A stretch of 55,310 bases of DNA from Anaerolineae bacterium (GCA_049972045.1 JBMFKS010000005.1:4202-59511), one strand, 5' to 3'; counted from the stretch's first letter, positions 1-10,203 are shown. The notes: generated by a model not told the origin, from the sequence alone. Made by a program: numbers and translations.

Positions 1-2
1 AG

Positions 3-1157
3 CTTATCCTGCCGGTAGCCCAGGACGTACTGGGCCTGGATGAGTTCGTGAATCTGGCTGGTGCCCTCGTAGATGCAGGCCCCTTTGGCGTTGCGCAGGA
101 ACCGCTCCACGTCGTACTCGTCGGAGTAGCCGTAGGCACCGTGGATCTGGACGGCATCGGAGGCGGCGGCGAAACTGGCCTCAGTGGCGAACCACTTGGC
201 CAGGCTGGTCTGCCAGGTGTTGCGGATGCCCTGATTCTTGAGCCAGCCGGCCCGCAGGTAGAGCAAGCGGCCGATCTCGTAGTCCCGCCGCATCCGGGCG
301 ATCATCTGCTGGACCAACTGGTGCTCGGCAATGGGACGACCGAAGGTCCGGCGCTCGTGGGCGTATTTGACCGAGGCCTCCAAACAGGCCCGGATGAGGC
401 CCGTGGCTCCGGCGCCGATGGTGTAGCGGCCGTTGTCCAGGCAGGACATGGCGATCTTGAATCCCTCGCCCTCCTCGCCCAGCCGGTTCTCGGCCGGGAC
501 CTCCACGTCGTTCATCGCGATCCAGCCCGTGGAGCCGGCGCGCACGCCCAGTTTGCCGTGAATGTCCCCGGTGGTGACACCTTTCATCTCTCGCTCTACG
601 ATGAAGGCGGTGATCCCCTGGTGGGGTGGGGCCTTGGAGTCGGTGCGGGCGAAGACCAGGAAGTGGTGGGCCAGCGAGGCCATGCTGATCCACATCTTCT
701 CGCCGTTGAGGATGTAGACGTCCCCCTCCCGCCGGGCGGTGGCGGCCAGTACGGCGACGTCGGAGCCGGCGCCGGGTTCCGTCAGGCCGAAGGCGGCCCA
801 CCGCTCCCCGCGGGCCTGGGGGACCAGGTACTTGCGCTTTTGCTCCTCCGTCCCCCATTGGAGCAGGCCCAGGCTGTTGAGGCCGATGTGGACGCTCATC
901 ACCACCCGCAGGAAGGTGTCCACCCGCTCCAGTTCCTCGCAGGCCAGCCCCAGGCTGATGTAGTCCATCCCCTGCCCACCATAGCGGACGGGGATGCAGA
1001 TGCCCAGGATGCCCAGTTCGGCCATCCGCTCAATGGCCCGGACGAAGGGCTTGTGGGCGCGGTCGTACTCTTTCACATAGGGCGCCACTTCCTTCTCGGC
1101 GAAGTCCCGCACCATGCGGACGACCATCTCGTGTTCGGGGGTCAGGGAAAAGTCCAT
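3..1157 (-). CDS. Acyl-CoA dehydrogenase family protein (3' end runs off the window)
   Basis: Manual translation, absent from the ORF track: [24 protein letters not shown]...[11 protein letters not shown]...LNGEKMWIS...[12 protein letters not shown]...[17 protein letters not shown] upstream. Confidence 0.93.
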   Translation of the reverse strand, partial: MDFSLTPEHEMVVRMVRDFAEKEVAPYVKEYDRAHKPFVRAIERMAELGILGICIPVRYGGQGMDYISLGLACEELERVDTFLRVVMSVHIGLNSLGLLQWGTEEQKRKYLVPQARGERWAAFGLTEPGAGSDVAVLAATARREGDVYILNGEKMWISMASLAHHFLVFARTDSKAPPHQGITAFIVEREMKGVTTGDIHGKLGVRAGSTGWIAMNDVEVPAENRLGEEGEGFKIAMSCLDNGRYTIGAGATGLIRACLEASVKYAHERRTFGRPIAEHQLVQQMIARMRRDYEIGRLLYLRAGWLKNQGIRNTWQTSLAKWFATEASFAAASDAVQIHGAYGYSDEYDVERFLRNAKGACIYEGTSQIHELIQAQYVLGYRQDK

Positions 1158-1181
1158 GCATTTCCTCCGGTGTGGGATATA

Positions 1182-1198
1182 ACTGACTATCGGTCATT
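1182..1198. promoter_or_regulatory. Imperfect palindromic operator, copy 1
   Basis: ACTGACTA-T-CGGTCATT overlaps the -10 and predicted start of the minus-strand promoter and resembles the perfect palindrome at 1612-1628. Confidence 0.55.
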
Positions 1199-1223
1199 AT
1201 ATTCAAGGTGGCAAAAGATGCAA
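1196..1223 (-). promoter_or_regulatory. Sigma70-like promoter of the acyl-CoA dehydrogenase gene
   Basis: Minus strand TTGCAT-N16-TATAAT. Confidence 0.6.
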
Positions 1224-1343
1224 GTCGCGGTTCTGTTTTTTTAAACGTCGCCGATGGAAAATCGGCCTTCGGGGGCGCCTTGCGCCAGGCGTCGGCCCCT
1301 CGGGGCTCGGCGTGGCCCTTCCGTCGGCGCATAATCGGCCGCC

Positions 1344-1420
1344 CTAGTGGTCAGTCCAGTTGATACTTATGGGTCCGAATGGCCGACGCGGCGTAGGGCA
1401 ACTGCTCACAGTTGCCCTAC
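1344..1420 (+). mobile_element. Partial MITE copy with GTAG-type palindrome
   Basis: CTAG|TGGTCAGTCCA...TATGGGTCCGAATGGCCGACGCGGC then GTAGGGCAACTG-CTCA-CAGTTGCCCTAC; homologous to 18675-18766 and 40141-40284. Confidence 0.8.
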
Positions 1421-1568
1421 TGAAAACTTCTGGGTAGCCGCAGCGCGGCGAAGCCATCTCCTTAACACTGAAAAGGACTACCGACGGCTTCGCCGTCACA
1501 AAAACGCGGCGCTCCCGGTTTTAGTCCTTTTGTGCTATCCCCGACCATAAAATAGTCCATTCGTGCTA

Positions 1569-1596
1569 TAGACAAAGCGACAGGATGATGTATCAT
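1569..1596 (+). promoter_or_regulatory. Sigma70-like promoter of the Wood-Ljungdahl cluster
   Basis: TAGACA-N16-TATCAT, 32 nt before the ATG at 1629. Confidence 0.55.
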
Positions 1597-1611
1597 AGAA
1601 ACCGGCCAGTA

Positions 1612-1628
1612 ACTGACCGGCGGTCAGT
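1612..1628. promoter_or_regulatory. Perfect 17-bp palindromic operator, copy 2
   Basis: ACTGACCG-G-CGGTCAGT abuts ATG 1629; an extra half-site CCGGCCAGT lies at 1602-1610. Confidence 0.65.
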
Positions 1629-2744
1629 ATGTCTACCTGTCGCGTGTTCATCCTCACCGGGCACCCTCTCTTTGCGGAGGGCGTGGAGACGCTCCTGCGG
1701 GAACAGTCGGGGCTGGAGGTCGTCGGCCGCGGCGATGTTTCCCCCGCGACCTTCGCTCGTATCCAGGAAACGGTTCCCGACGTGGTGGTTGTCGGCGCCC
1801 CCGGCGAGGAGCAGGAAGCCATGGTCGCCCGGGTCTTCCAGGCCCTCCCCGGCCTGAAGGTGGTGGCGCTCAACCTGGACGACAACCGCATCCACATCCA
1901 CTATCGCCAGACGAAGGTGGGGCGGCAGGTGGAGGACTTGGTGGAGGCCATCCGGCAGCCGCTGGAGTGGGGGCGGCCCCGCCCGGCCCAAATGCGCATT
2001 TTCGCCGTCATTCAGGGTCACTACGGGCAGCGCATCGTGGAAAACATCCGGGCTCACGGCCCCCGGGGCTGGACGGTGGAGTGCTGGCGGGTGCCCGATC
2101 TCCCGGCGATGATAGACGACCCGGAAGCCTACCTCCCGCTCCATGTCCCTCCGGCGGACCTCATCCTGGCGCTGGGCGAGAGCCCGGCCGTTGCCCAACT
2201 CATCCCCGACATCGCCCGACGGGCCAATGCCCGGGCGGTCATCGCCCCGGTGGACCACAGCGCCTGGCTTCCGGAGGGGCTCATCCGCCAACTGGAAGTC
2301 CGCCTGAATCAGATGGGGGTCGCGGCCGTTTTCCCGCGGCCCTTTTGTTCGCTCACCGAGGACGGCTACAACGTCCGCCACCAGCGCGTGGCCTATGCCA
2401 ATCCCTGGATCGCCGAGTTCGCCCGCCATTTCGGTCGCCCCGTCTTCCGCATTCGCGCCGCCGATGGCGTCGTCCAGGCAGTAGAAGTGGAGCGGGATAC
2501 AGCCTGCGGCTGCGCCCGCTTTGTTGCCGAACATCTGGTGGGGATGCCGGTGGGGGAGGCCATCTTCCAGGCCGGCATCGTCCACCATCACTACCCTTGC
2601 CTGGCGGGGATGACCATAGAGCGTTCGCTGGGCGATACCCTGCTGCATATTTCCGGCCAGTTGATGCGGCAGGCGGTGGAAGTGGAAGTCGCGCCGCTCC
2701 TCCCCCGGGCCGCGTATCTGGTGCCCGAGGGGCGGTCGGTGTAA
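1629..2744 (+). CDS. Pseudo-receiver (NarL-like REC) domain fused to a DUF166-family domain
   Basis: N-terminus RVFILTGHPLFAEGVETLL...PDVVVVG has a REC pattern without the acidic residues; C-terminus has YGQRIVENI, IDDPEAYLP, PRPFCSL, FGRP, TACG, HHYPCLA, as I recall for DUF166. Confidence 0.7.
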   Translation: MSTCRVFILTGHPLFAEGVETLLREQSGLEVVGRGDVSPATFARIQETVPDVVVVGAPGEEQEAMVARVFQALPGLKVVALNLDDNRIHIHYRQTKVGRQVEDLVEAIRQPLEWGRPRPAQMRIFAVIQGHYGQRIVENIRAHGPRGWTVECWRVPDLPAMIDDPEAYLPLHVPPADLILALGESPAVAQLIPDIARRANARAVIAPVDHSAWLPEGLIRQLEVRLNQMGVAAVFPRPFCSLTEDGYNVRHQRVAYANPWIAEFARHFGRPVFRIRAADGVVQAVEVERDTACGCARFVAEHLVGMPVGEAIFQAGIVHHHYPCLAGMTIERSLGDTLLHISGQLMRQAVEVEVAPLLPRAAYLVPEGRSV

Positions 2745-2745
2745 G

Positions 2746-2795
2746 GCAGTACGCAATACGCCGTATGCATCTACTCCGTATTCCGTTTTGTGTGT
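2746..2795. repeat. Degenerate inverted 7-mer array (TACGCAA type)
   Basis: GCAGTAC GCAATAC GCCGTAT ... TACTCCG TATTCCG TTTTGTG. Confidence 0.55.
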
Positions 2796-2825
2796 CCATC
2801 CACAACCAGACAAGGAGGAACACCT

Positions 2826-4679
2826 ATGCCCGTCAAACGAGTCTATCCGGTTCCCAGCGACATTGAGATCGCTCAGATGGCCGAATTGCTTCCCATCGTG
2901 GAGGTAGCGGCCAGCGTCGGGCTCAGCGAGGACGACCTGGACCTCTACGGCAAGTATAAGGCCAAGGTCCACCTGGACGTCCTGCACCGGCTGAAGGACC
3001 GGCCTGATGGCAAGTATGTAGATGTAACGGCCATCACGCCGACCCCGCTGGGGGAGGGGAAGACGGTCACCACCATCGGCACCAGTCTGGGGCTGGCCTA
3101 CATCGGCAAGAAGGTGATTACCTGCATCCGCCAGCCCTCCATGGGGCCGACCTTCGGGATCAAGGGCGGCGCGGCCGGCGGCGGTTACTCCCAGGTGGTG
3201 CCGATGGAGGACTTCAACCTCCACCTGACCGGCGACATCCACGCGGTGGGGGTGGCCCACAATCTGCTGGCGGCGGCGATTGACGCCCGCATTCTCCACG
3301 AAATGGAGATGACCGACGAGCAACTGGCCAAGTTCTGCCCGGAAATCCCCCGCCTGAACATTGATCCCGATTCCATCCTCTGGAACCGGGTGGTGGATGT
3401 GAGCGACCGGGCGCTGCGCAACATCGTCATCGGCCTGCAGGCCGGGCAGGCCAACAAGCCGCTGCCAGATGGGGCCGGCACCCTGCGGGAGTTGGTGGCT
3501 CGTCTCCCCTCCGGCACCGACGGCGTCCCCCGCATCACGGGCTACGACATCACTGTCGCCTCCGAGATTATGGCCATCCTGGCCCTGGTGGACGGCTACA
3601 GGGGGCTGGCCGACCTGCGGGAGCGGTTGGGCCGCATCGTCTGGGGCTTCAGCAAGGACGGGCGCCCGCTGACCGCCGAGGACCTGAAGGTCGCCGGCGC
3701 GATGACCGTCCTGATGAAGGACGCGCTGATGCCCAACCTGATGCAGACGCTGGAGGGCACCCCCGCCTTCGTCCACGCCGGGCCCTTCGCCAACATCGCC
3801 CATGGCAACTCCTCCATCATCGCCGACCAGATCGCCCTCAAACTGGTGGGGCCGGACGGCTTCGTCGTCACCGAGTCCGGCTTCGGCGCCGACTGCGGGA
3901 TGGAGAAGTTCTTCAACATCAAGTGCCGCTACTCCGGCCTCATCCCCAACTGCGTCGTCCTGGTCTGCTCGGTGCGCGCCCTGAAGATGCACGGTGGGGG
4001 TCCTGAGGTCATCCCCGGACGACCGTTGAACCCGGCCTACACCGAGGAGAACCTGGAACTGCTGGAGAAGGGCCTGCCCAACCTCATCCAGCACGTGGAG
4101 AACGTCCTGAAGTTCGGCGTTCCGGTGGTCGTCGCCATCAACCGCTTCAAGACCGACACGGACCGGGAGATCGGTGTGATTCAGGAAGCGGCGATGAAGG
4201 CCGGGGCGTTTGACTGCGTCGTCAGCGAGGTGTGGGCGAAGGGCGGCGAGGGCGGCGCGGCGCTGGCGGAGGCGGTGGTCCGGGCTTGCGAGCAACCCAG
4301 CAACTTCCGTTTCCTCTATCCGCTGGACATCCCCATCAAGGAGAAGATTGAAATCATCGCCCGCGAGATTTACCGGGCCGACGGGGTGGACTACTCGCCG
4401 GAGGCGGAGCGGAAGATTGAGATGTACACCGCCGCAGGCTACGACAAACTGCCCCTCTGCATGGCCAAGACCCACCTCTCCTTCACCCACGACCCGAAAC
4501 TGAAGGGCGCGCCGCGCGGCTGGCGGTTGCCTATCCGGGATGTTCGCGCCAGCGTCGGCGCGGGCTTCCTCTACCCACTCTGCGGCGCGATGCGGACGAT
4601 GCCCGGTCTCCCCAGCCGTCCCGCCTTCGTGGATGTGGATATTGACCTGGCGACGGGCAAGGTGAAGGGGCTGTTCTAA
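2826..4679 (+). CDS. fhs: Formate--tetrahydrofolate ligase
   Basis: [53 protein letters not shown] motifs; AGGAGG RBS before ATG 2826. Confidence 0.98.
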   Translation: MPVKRVYPVPSDIEIAQMAELLPIVEVAASVGLSEDDLDLYGKYKAKVHLDVLHRLKDRPDGKYVDVTAITPTPLGEGKTVTTIGTSLGLAYIGKKVITCIRQPSMGPTFGIKGGAAGGGYSQVVPMEDFNLHLTGDIHAVGVAHNLLAAAIDARILHEMEMTDEQLAKFCPEIPRLNIDPDSILWNRVVDVSDRALRNIVIGLQAGQANKPLPDGAGTLRELVARLPSGTDGVPRITGYDITVASEIMAILALVDGYRGLADLRERLGRIVWGFSKDGRPLTAEDLKVAGAMTVLMKDALMPNLMQTLEGTPAFVHAGPFANIAHGNSSIIADQIALKLVGPDGFVVTESGFGADCGMEKFFNIKCRYSGLIPNCVVLVCSVRALKMHGGGPEVIPGRPLNPAYTEENLELLEKGLPNLIQHVENVLKFGVPVVVAINRFKTDTDREIGVIQEAAMKAGAFDCVVSEVWAKGGEGGAALAEAVVRACEQPSNFRFLYPLDIPIKEKIEIIAREIYRADGVDYSPEAERKIEMYTAAGYDKLPLCMAKTHLSFTHDPKLKGAPRGWRLPIRDVRASVGAGFLYPLCGAMRTMPGLPSRPAFVDVDIDLATGKVKGLF

Positions 4680-4697
4680 CCCCAGCGTCCCCGGTCC

Positions 4698-4728
4698 GGT
4701 GGCGGGCGGAGGCGACTCCCCCGCCACC
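4698..4728 (+). terminator. GC-rich hairpin with GCGA loop after fhs (terminator or stabiliser; no U-tract)
   Basis: GGTGGCGGGCGGAG-GCGA-CTCCCCCGCCACC. Confidence 0.45.
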
Positions 4729-4767
4729 CACCCGGAATCCGTAAAACGTGATTCGTGAGGTGAGACG

Positions 4768-5103
4768 ATGGAGAAGGTTGTTCTGGATGTCCCGCTGATG
4801 TGGGCCGACCATCACGTCCTGAAGGTCCGCGAGGCGCTGACCCAACTGGACGGGGTGGCGGACATCTACGCCAGTTCGGCGTGGAAGCAGGTACTGGTGA
4901 AGTACGACCCGGCGAAGGTGGATCGCTCCCAGATTGAGCAGGCGCTGGCCCAGGCCGGATACCCGGTGGGTCAGGGCCAGACCCCCATCCTGGTGGAGCC
5001 CACCGAGCGGCGGCGCGACCCCCGCTGGGGCGCGATGAATTTCCGGATGAGCCAGACTTACCGGGCCGACCTTGAGATGTCCGGCGACTTCCGGAAGTGG
5101 TAG
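4768..5103 (+). CDS. HMA/CopZ-fold protein with a non-canonical metal loop (MWADHH)
   Basis: VLDVPLMWADHHVLKVREAL..LDGV..VKYDPAKVD..IEQAL.QAGY matches the HMA pattern apart from the missing CxxC. Confidence 0.7.
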   Translation: MEKVVLDVPLMWADHHVLKVREALTQLDGVADIYASSAWKQVLVKYDPAKVDRSQIEQALAQAGYPVGQGQTPILVEPTERRRDPRWGAMNFRMSQTYRADLEMSGDFRKW

Positions 5104-5148
5104 GACTCTCAGTGATTCCTGGATTCTGTGACTCGGATGAGGTGAGAC

Positions 5149-7143
5149 ATGGCAAAGAAGAAAGTGCGTACCCCTCAGGAGGCGAGCCGCGACCCTGCGG
5201 CGATCGCGCTCCTGGAGCGAGCCCTGGAGATTGGGGCTGAGACCTGTTTCTATCGGGCCGACGAGATTACCCCCTGTCCCATCGGCGCGGAGGGGCTCTG
5301 CTGCCGCAACTGCGCCATGGGCCCCTGCCGCCTGGTGGGCGACGTGGACATGGGCGTCTGTGGCGCAACGATTGACACCGTAGTGGCCCGCAACTTCGCC
5401 CGCTCGGTGGCCGCCGGAGCGGCCTCCCACTCCGACCATGCCCGGGACCTGGCCTACACCCTCCTGGCGGCTGCCGAGGGCCACGCCCCCGACTACAAAA
5501 TCCGCGACCCCTATAAACTGTTTGAGGTTGCCCGCTACTTGGGCGTCAAGGTCGGCGACCGCCCGGTCAACGAAATCGCCCGGGATGTGGCCCTGGCCGC
5601 GCTGGGCGAGTTCGGCCGCATCCAGGGAGAGTTGCTCTACCTGAAGCGCGCTCCCGCCAAACGACAGAAGATCTGGCGGGACCTGGGCATTGCCCCCCGT
5701 GCCATTGACCGGGAGGTGGTGGACCTGCTCCACCGCACCCACGTGGGCAACGATCAGGATGCGGAGCACCTGCTGGACCAGAGTATGCGCTGCGCGCTGG
5801 CCGACGGCTGGGGCGGCTCCATGCTGGCCACCGACATCACCGACATCCTCTTCGGCGCCCCCGCCCCCGTCCGCTCCGAGGCCAACCTGGGCGTCCTGCG
5901 GGAGGACATGGTCAACGTCATCATCCACGGCCACGAGCCCACCCTCTCCGAGATGATCGTCGCCGCCGCGCAGGACCCCGAAATCATCGCCTACGCGCAG
6001 AGCAAGGGCGCCAAAGGTGTCAACCTGGCTGGCATCTGCTGTACGGCCAACGAGGTCCTGATGCGGGAAGGTGTCCCCCTGGCGGGCAACTTCCTCCAGC
6101 AGGAACTAGCCATCCTCACCGGCGCGGTGGAGGCCATGGTGGTGGACATCCAGTGCATCATGGAGGGGCTGGTCCCGCTGGCCCAGCGGTTCCACACCGC
6201 GCTCATCACGACCTCCCCCAAGGTGCGGGTGACCGGCGCCACCCACATCCAGTTTGACGAACACCGGGCGCTGGAGATCGCCAAACAGATTCTCCGCACC
6301 GCCATTGACCGCTTCCCCCAGCGGGGCGAAGTCTTCATCCCGGCGATTCGCAGCCAACTGGTGCCCGGCTTCTCCCACGAGTACATCAACTACGCGCTGG
6401 GCGGCACCTACCGCGGCTCCTTCCGCCCGCTGAACGACGCCATCATCGCCGGGCGCATCCGGGGCGTCGTCGCCGACATCGGCTGCAACAACGCCCGCCT
6501 CTGCCACGACGAGAACCACTACTACGTCGTCTCCGAGTTTCTCAAGAACGACATCCTGGTGGTGCAGACCGGCTGCGGGGCCATCGCCAGCGCCAAGAAG
6601 GGCTACATGACCCCCGAGGCGGCGATGGAATACGCCGGGCCGGGCCTGCGGGAAGTCTGCGAAGCCGTTGGCATCCCGCCGGTGCTCCATCTGGGCTCCT
6701 GCGTGGACAACTCCCGCATCCTCACTGTCCTCTCCCAGATGGCCTCCGAGACTGGCCTGGGCGACGACATCGCCGACATCCCTGCCGTCGGGATGGCCTC
6801 GGAGTGGATGAGCGAGAAAGCGCTGGCCATCGCGACCTACTGCGTTGCCTCCGGCGCCTACGTCATCATGGGCGGCGTCCGCAACCCCGTGGCCGGAAGC
6901 CCCTATGTCAATCAACTTATCACCGAGGGGTGGGAGAAGAAGGTCGGCGGGCGGCTGGAGTTCGTGGAGGACCCAGAGGAGATCGTCCGGCGCTCTCTGG
7001 CCCACATTGACAAAAAGCGTGCCGCCCTGGGGCTGGAGGAGTACAACCCGGCCAAGTGGGGCAAGTCCGGCGACTGGCGCATCCGCGAAGTACTGGAACT
7101 CCCGCTGGAGGAGCGGCTGGAGGCGGTGTACGGCAGGCGGTAA
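5149..7143 (+). CDS. cooS: Anaerobic Ni,Fe carbon-monoxide dehydrogenase catalytic subunit (AcsA/CooS)
   Basis: CPIG..GLCCRNCAMGPC (D/B clusters); C-cluster ligand motifs HGHEP, GICCTANE, DIQC, GCNN, TGCG, GSCVDN; WMSEKA. Confidence 0.98.
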   Translation: MAKKKVRTPQEASRDPAAIALLERALEIGAETCFYRADEITPCPIGAEGLCCRNCAMGPCRLVGDVDMGVCGATIDTVVARNFARSVAAGAASHSDHARDLAYTLLAAAEGHAPDYKIRDPYKLFEVARYLGVKVGDRPVNEIARDVALAALGEFGRIQGELLYLKRAPAKRQKIWRDLGIAPRAIDREVVDLLHRTHVGNDQDAEHLLDQSMRCALADGWGGSMLATDITDILFGAPAPVRSEANLGVLREDMVNVIIHGHEPTLSEMIVAAAQDPEIIAYAQSKGAKGVNLAGICCTANEVLMREGVPLAGNFLQQELAILTGAVEAMVVDIQCIMEGLVPLAQRFHTALITTSPKVRVTGATHIQFDEHRALEIAKQILRTAIDRFPQRGEVFIPAIRSQLVPGFSHEYINYALGGTYRGSFRPLNDAIIAGRIRGVVADIGCNNARLCHDENHYYVVSEFLKNDILVVQTGCGAIASAKKGYMTPEAAMEYAGPGLREVCEAVGIPPVLHLGSCVDNSRILTVLSQMASETGLGDDIADIPAVGMASEWMSEKALAIATYCVASGAYVIMGGVRNPVAGSPYVNQLITEGWEKKVGGRLEFVEDPEEIVRRSLAHIDKKRAALGLEEYNPAKWGKSGDWRIREVLELPLEERLEAVYGRR

Positions 7144-7172
7144 GCCCTGGGACAGCGCATCGGTGCAGGGTG

Positions 7173-7502
7173 ATGGAAGAGCCCCCTGTAGAGGCACTGA
7201 TTGCCGAGACGGTCCGCCGGATTGTGGAGATTCTCCATCCCCAGCGGGTGATCCTTTTCGGCAGCCGGGCGCGGGGCGAGGCGCGGCCAGATAGCGACAT
7301 AGACCTGCTGGTCATTGCCCGCTCTTCTGAGCCGCGCTACTGCCGGGCCGTCCCCCTCTATGGGGCCCTGAGCGACATCCCGATCGCGATGGACATCATC
7401 GTCTATACGCCAGAAGAGGTGGAAGAGTGGAGCGGCGTCCGTCAGGCCTTCGTCACCACCGCCCTCCGGGAGGGAATCGTCCTGTATGAAGACCGTGGCT
7501 GA
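7173..7502 (+). CDS. Minimal nucleotidyltransferase (MNT/MntA-like)
   Basis: ILFGSRARGEARPDSDIDLLVI; start reassigned to ATG 7173. Confidence 0.9.
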   Translation: MEEPPVEALIAETVRRIVEILHPQRVILFGSRARGEARPDSDIDLLVIARSSEPRYCRAVPLYGALSDIPIAMDIIVYTPEEVEEWSGVRQAFVTTALREGIVLYEDRG

Positions 7503-7905
7503 CCTGGTACGCGGATGGCTCCGCAAGGCGGGGAGCGACCTGACTAGCGCCGAACTCTGTCTGGAGGCCGGGCGGGCACTGGATATGGTCTGCTTTCACG
7601 CCCAGCAGGCCGCCGAGAAGTGCCTGAAGGCCTACCTGACGGCTTACGGGATGGATTTTCCTTTCGTGCACAACCTGGAGAAACTGATAGAATTGTGTGC
7701 CCGGCGGGACCCGGCGTTTCGCGCCATCCAGCCCCTGGGCCAGCAACTGACGCCGTACGCCGTCTCCCTCCGGTATGACCCTGAGTTCTGGCCGGAGATA
7801 GATGTGGCGGAACGTGCCCTGCATGCGGCGCTGACGATTCGGAAATTCGTTGTGGAACGCTTGCCAGCGGAGATGAAACCCGAAGAAGAGGCGATGAAAG
7901 GTTAA
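7486..7905 (+). CDS. HEPN domain protein
   Basis: WLRKAGSDL..A, CFHAQQAAEKCLKAYL, HNLEKL, YAVSLRY; overlaps the MNT gene. Confidence 0.9.
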   Translation: MKTVADLVRGWLRKAGSDLTSAELCLEAGRALDMVCFHAQQAAEKCLKAYLTAYGMDFPFVHNLEKLIELCARRDPAFRAIQPLGQQLTPYAVSLRYDPEFWPEIDVAERALHAALTIRKFVVERLPAEMKPEEEAMKG

Positions 7906-7914
7906 GGAGGAAGT

Positions 7915-10200
7915 ATGTCCCGTTATATTGCCACCCGAGCCATTCGCGGGGCCAATGCTATCGTCGCCGAGGCAGAGGCCATGCTGCAGAAAGCCCTCGC
8001 CGAGAAGGGGCCTGATACCCCCATCGCGTTTACCAATACCGCCTACTACCTGCCTGTGATCTACGGCATGCTGGCTCATCCCGTCAGCAAGATCGGGGAC
8101 CTGGTTCCCGTCATAGAGCACGCCAAGAGCCTGCTTCACCCCCCGCCGGATGAGAAATGGTGGGTCCCCTATCTGGGGGAGACGCTGGACTGCGGGATGG
8201 CGACGCTCCTGGCCTGCGAGGCGATTGAGGGCATCCGCTTCGCCTACGGCGAGCAGCCGGAACGATACCCCGGCTTCCGGATGACCGGCGGCGCGTCCTT
8301 CACCAGCCCAGAATTTGAGAAAGAGGAGGGGGGCGGTGGCTATCTGAACGGCCCCATTGACGACATCCAGTTGCGCTCTTGGGGCATCCAGTTGGTGGAT
8401 GGCCGGATGCCGGGTTTTGCGGCCATCGTCGGCGCGGCGCACAACAACCGGGCCGCCGTCGCCATCGTCCGCGAACTCCAGCGGCGCAACATTCTGGTCT
8501 TCCTCTCCGGCAACGTCAACGGTCGCTCCATCATTGACCAGTTGCACGAGGAGGGCGTGGAGATGGGCTACGATACCTACATCGTCCCCTTCGGTCGAGA
8601 CACCATCTCCGCTATCTACGCCCTGGGCTTCGCCACCCGCTCCGCCCTCACCTTCGGCGGCCTCAAGCCGGGCCAGTGGCGGGAGATTCTCCTCTACAAC
8701 AAATACCGCGTCTTCGCCTTCGTCTTGGCTCTGGGCGAGGTGGACGACCTGAAATACGCCGCCGCGGCCGGCGCCATCTCCTACGGCTTCCCCGTCATCG
8801 CCGATACTGTCATCCCCCAGATTCTCCCCACCGGTATCACCAGGTACGAGCACGTCATCTCCATGCCATGGAACGAGATTGAGGGGGAGACGGAGGAAGA
8901 AAAGGCAGCTCGGCTGGTCCAGAAGTGCATTGAGGTCCGCGGCGTCAAGGTGAAAATCACCGAGGTGCCCATCCCTGTCCCCTACGGCTCCGCCTTTGAG
9001 GGGGAGGTCGTCCGCAAGGCCGACATGCGGGTGGAGTTCGGCGGCCGCCACAGCCGCGCCTTTGAGTACCTCCGCATGGTGCCGATGGACCAGGTGGAGG
9101 ACGGCAAGATAGAGGTCATCGGCCCCGGCTTTGAGGATGTGCCCGTCGGTGGGGCAATGGACCTGGGCATCCTGGTGGAGGTCGCCGGGCGGAAGATGCA
9201 GGAGGACTTTGAGCCGGTGCTGGAGCGCCAGATTCACTACTTCATCAACGGCGCCTCCGGCGTCCAGCACATCGGTCAGCGGGACATCGCCTGGATCCGC
9301 ATCAGCAAGGCAGCCGCGGAGAAGGGTTTCAACCTGCGCCACTTCGGCGACATCCTCTACGCTCGCTTCCATGCCGACTTCGGTGCCATCGTGGACAAGG
9401 TCCAGGTGAAAATCATCACCGACCCGGCGCTCCACGCGGAATGGCTGCAGAAGGCGCGCGAAGCCTACGACCGCCGCAACCGGCGCCTGGCGGACCTGAC
9501 CGACGAGGCGGTGGACACCTTCTACTCCTGCATCCTCTGCCAGTCCTTTGCCCCTACTCACTGCTGCGTCATCAGCCCCCAGCGGCTGGGCCTCTGCGGC
9601 GCCTACAACTGGCTGGATTGCAAGGCATCTTACGAGATCAATCCCACCGGCCCCAACCAGCCTATCCCCAAAGGGCAGTGCCTGGACCCGGTGAAGGGCT
9701 ACTTCACCGGTGTCAACGAGTATGTCCGCATGGCCTCTCAGGGGACCGTGGACCAGGTGGCGATGTACTCCATCATGGAGAACCCGATGACGGCCTGCGG
9801 TTGCTTTGAGTGCATCGTCATGGTCATCCCCGAGGCCAACGGCGTGATGGTCGTCAGCCGGGAGGACCCCAGCATGACCCCCGCCGGGATGACTTTCTCC
9901 ACGCTGGCCGGCATGGCCGGCGGCGGCCTGCAGACCCCCGGTGTGATGGGTGTCGGCAAGTACTACCTGACCAGCCCCAAGTTCCTCTCCGCCGATGGCG
10001 GCTTCAAGCGGGTGGTCTGGATGTCCTCTTTCCTCAAGCAGACGATGGCTGAAGAGTTGAAGGCGGTCTGCGAGCGGGAGGGCGACCCGGACCTGCTGGA
10101 TAAGATTGCCGATGAGACCATCTGCACCGATGTGGAGGGGTTGCTGGCCTATCTGACGGAGAAAGAGCATCCGGCGCTGAGCATGCCGCCGATCTTCTAA
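7915..10200 (+). CDS. acsB: Acetyl-CoA synthase (bacterial type)
   Basis: NTAYYLP, CILCQSFAPTH, RLGLCGAYNWLDC, PMTACGCFEC (A-cluster ligands). Confidence 0.98.
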   Translation: MSRYIATRAIRGANAIVAEAEAMLQKALAEKGPDTPIAFTNTAYYLPVIYGMLAHPVSKIGDLVPVIEHAKSLLHPPPDEKWWVPYLGETLDCGMATLLACEAIEGIRFAYGEQPERYPGFRMTGGASFTSPEFEKEEGGGGYLNGPIDDIQLRSWGIQLVDGRMPGFAAIVGAAHNNRAAVAIVRELQRRNILVFLSGNVNGRSIIDQLHEEGVEMGYDTYIVPFGRDTISAIYALGFATRSALTFGGLKPGQWREILLYNKYRVFAFVLALGEVDDLKYAAAAGAISYGFPVIADTVIPQILPTGITRYEHVISMPWNEIEGETEEEKAARLVQKCIEVRGVKVKITEVPIPVPYGSAFEGEVVRKADMRVEFGGRHSRAFEYLRMVPMDQVEDGKIEVIGPGFEDVPVGGAMDLGILVEVAGRKMQEDFEPVLERQIHYFINGASGVQHIGQRDIAWIRISKAAAEKGFNLRHFGDILYARFHADFGAIVDKVQVKIITDPALHAEWLQKAREAYDRRNRRLADLTDEAVDTFYSCILCQSFAPTHCCVISPQRLGLCGAYNWLDCKASYEINPTGPNQPIPKGQCLDPVKGYFTGVNEYVRMASQGTVDQVAMYSIMENPMTACGCFECIVMVIPEANGVMVVSREDPSMTPAGMTFSTLAGMAGGGLQTPGVMGVGKYYLTSPKFLSADGGFKRVVWMSSFLKQTMAEELKAVCEREGDPDLLDKIADETICTDVEGLLAYLTEKEHPALSMPPIF

Positions 10201-10203
10201 TCG

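Noticed and set aside
48-1244. 398 aa plus-strand ORF
   Set aside because: Antisense shadow of the acyl-CoA dehydrogenase gene, which has the motifs, RBS and promoter.
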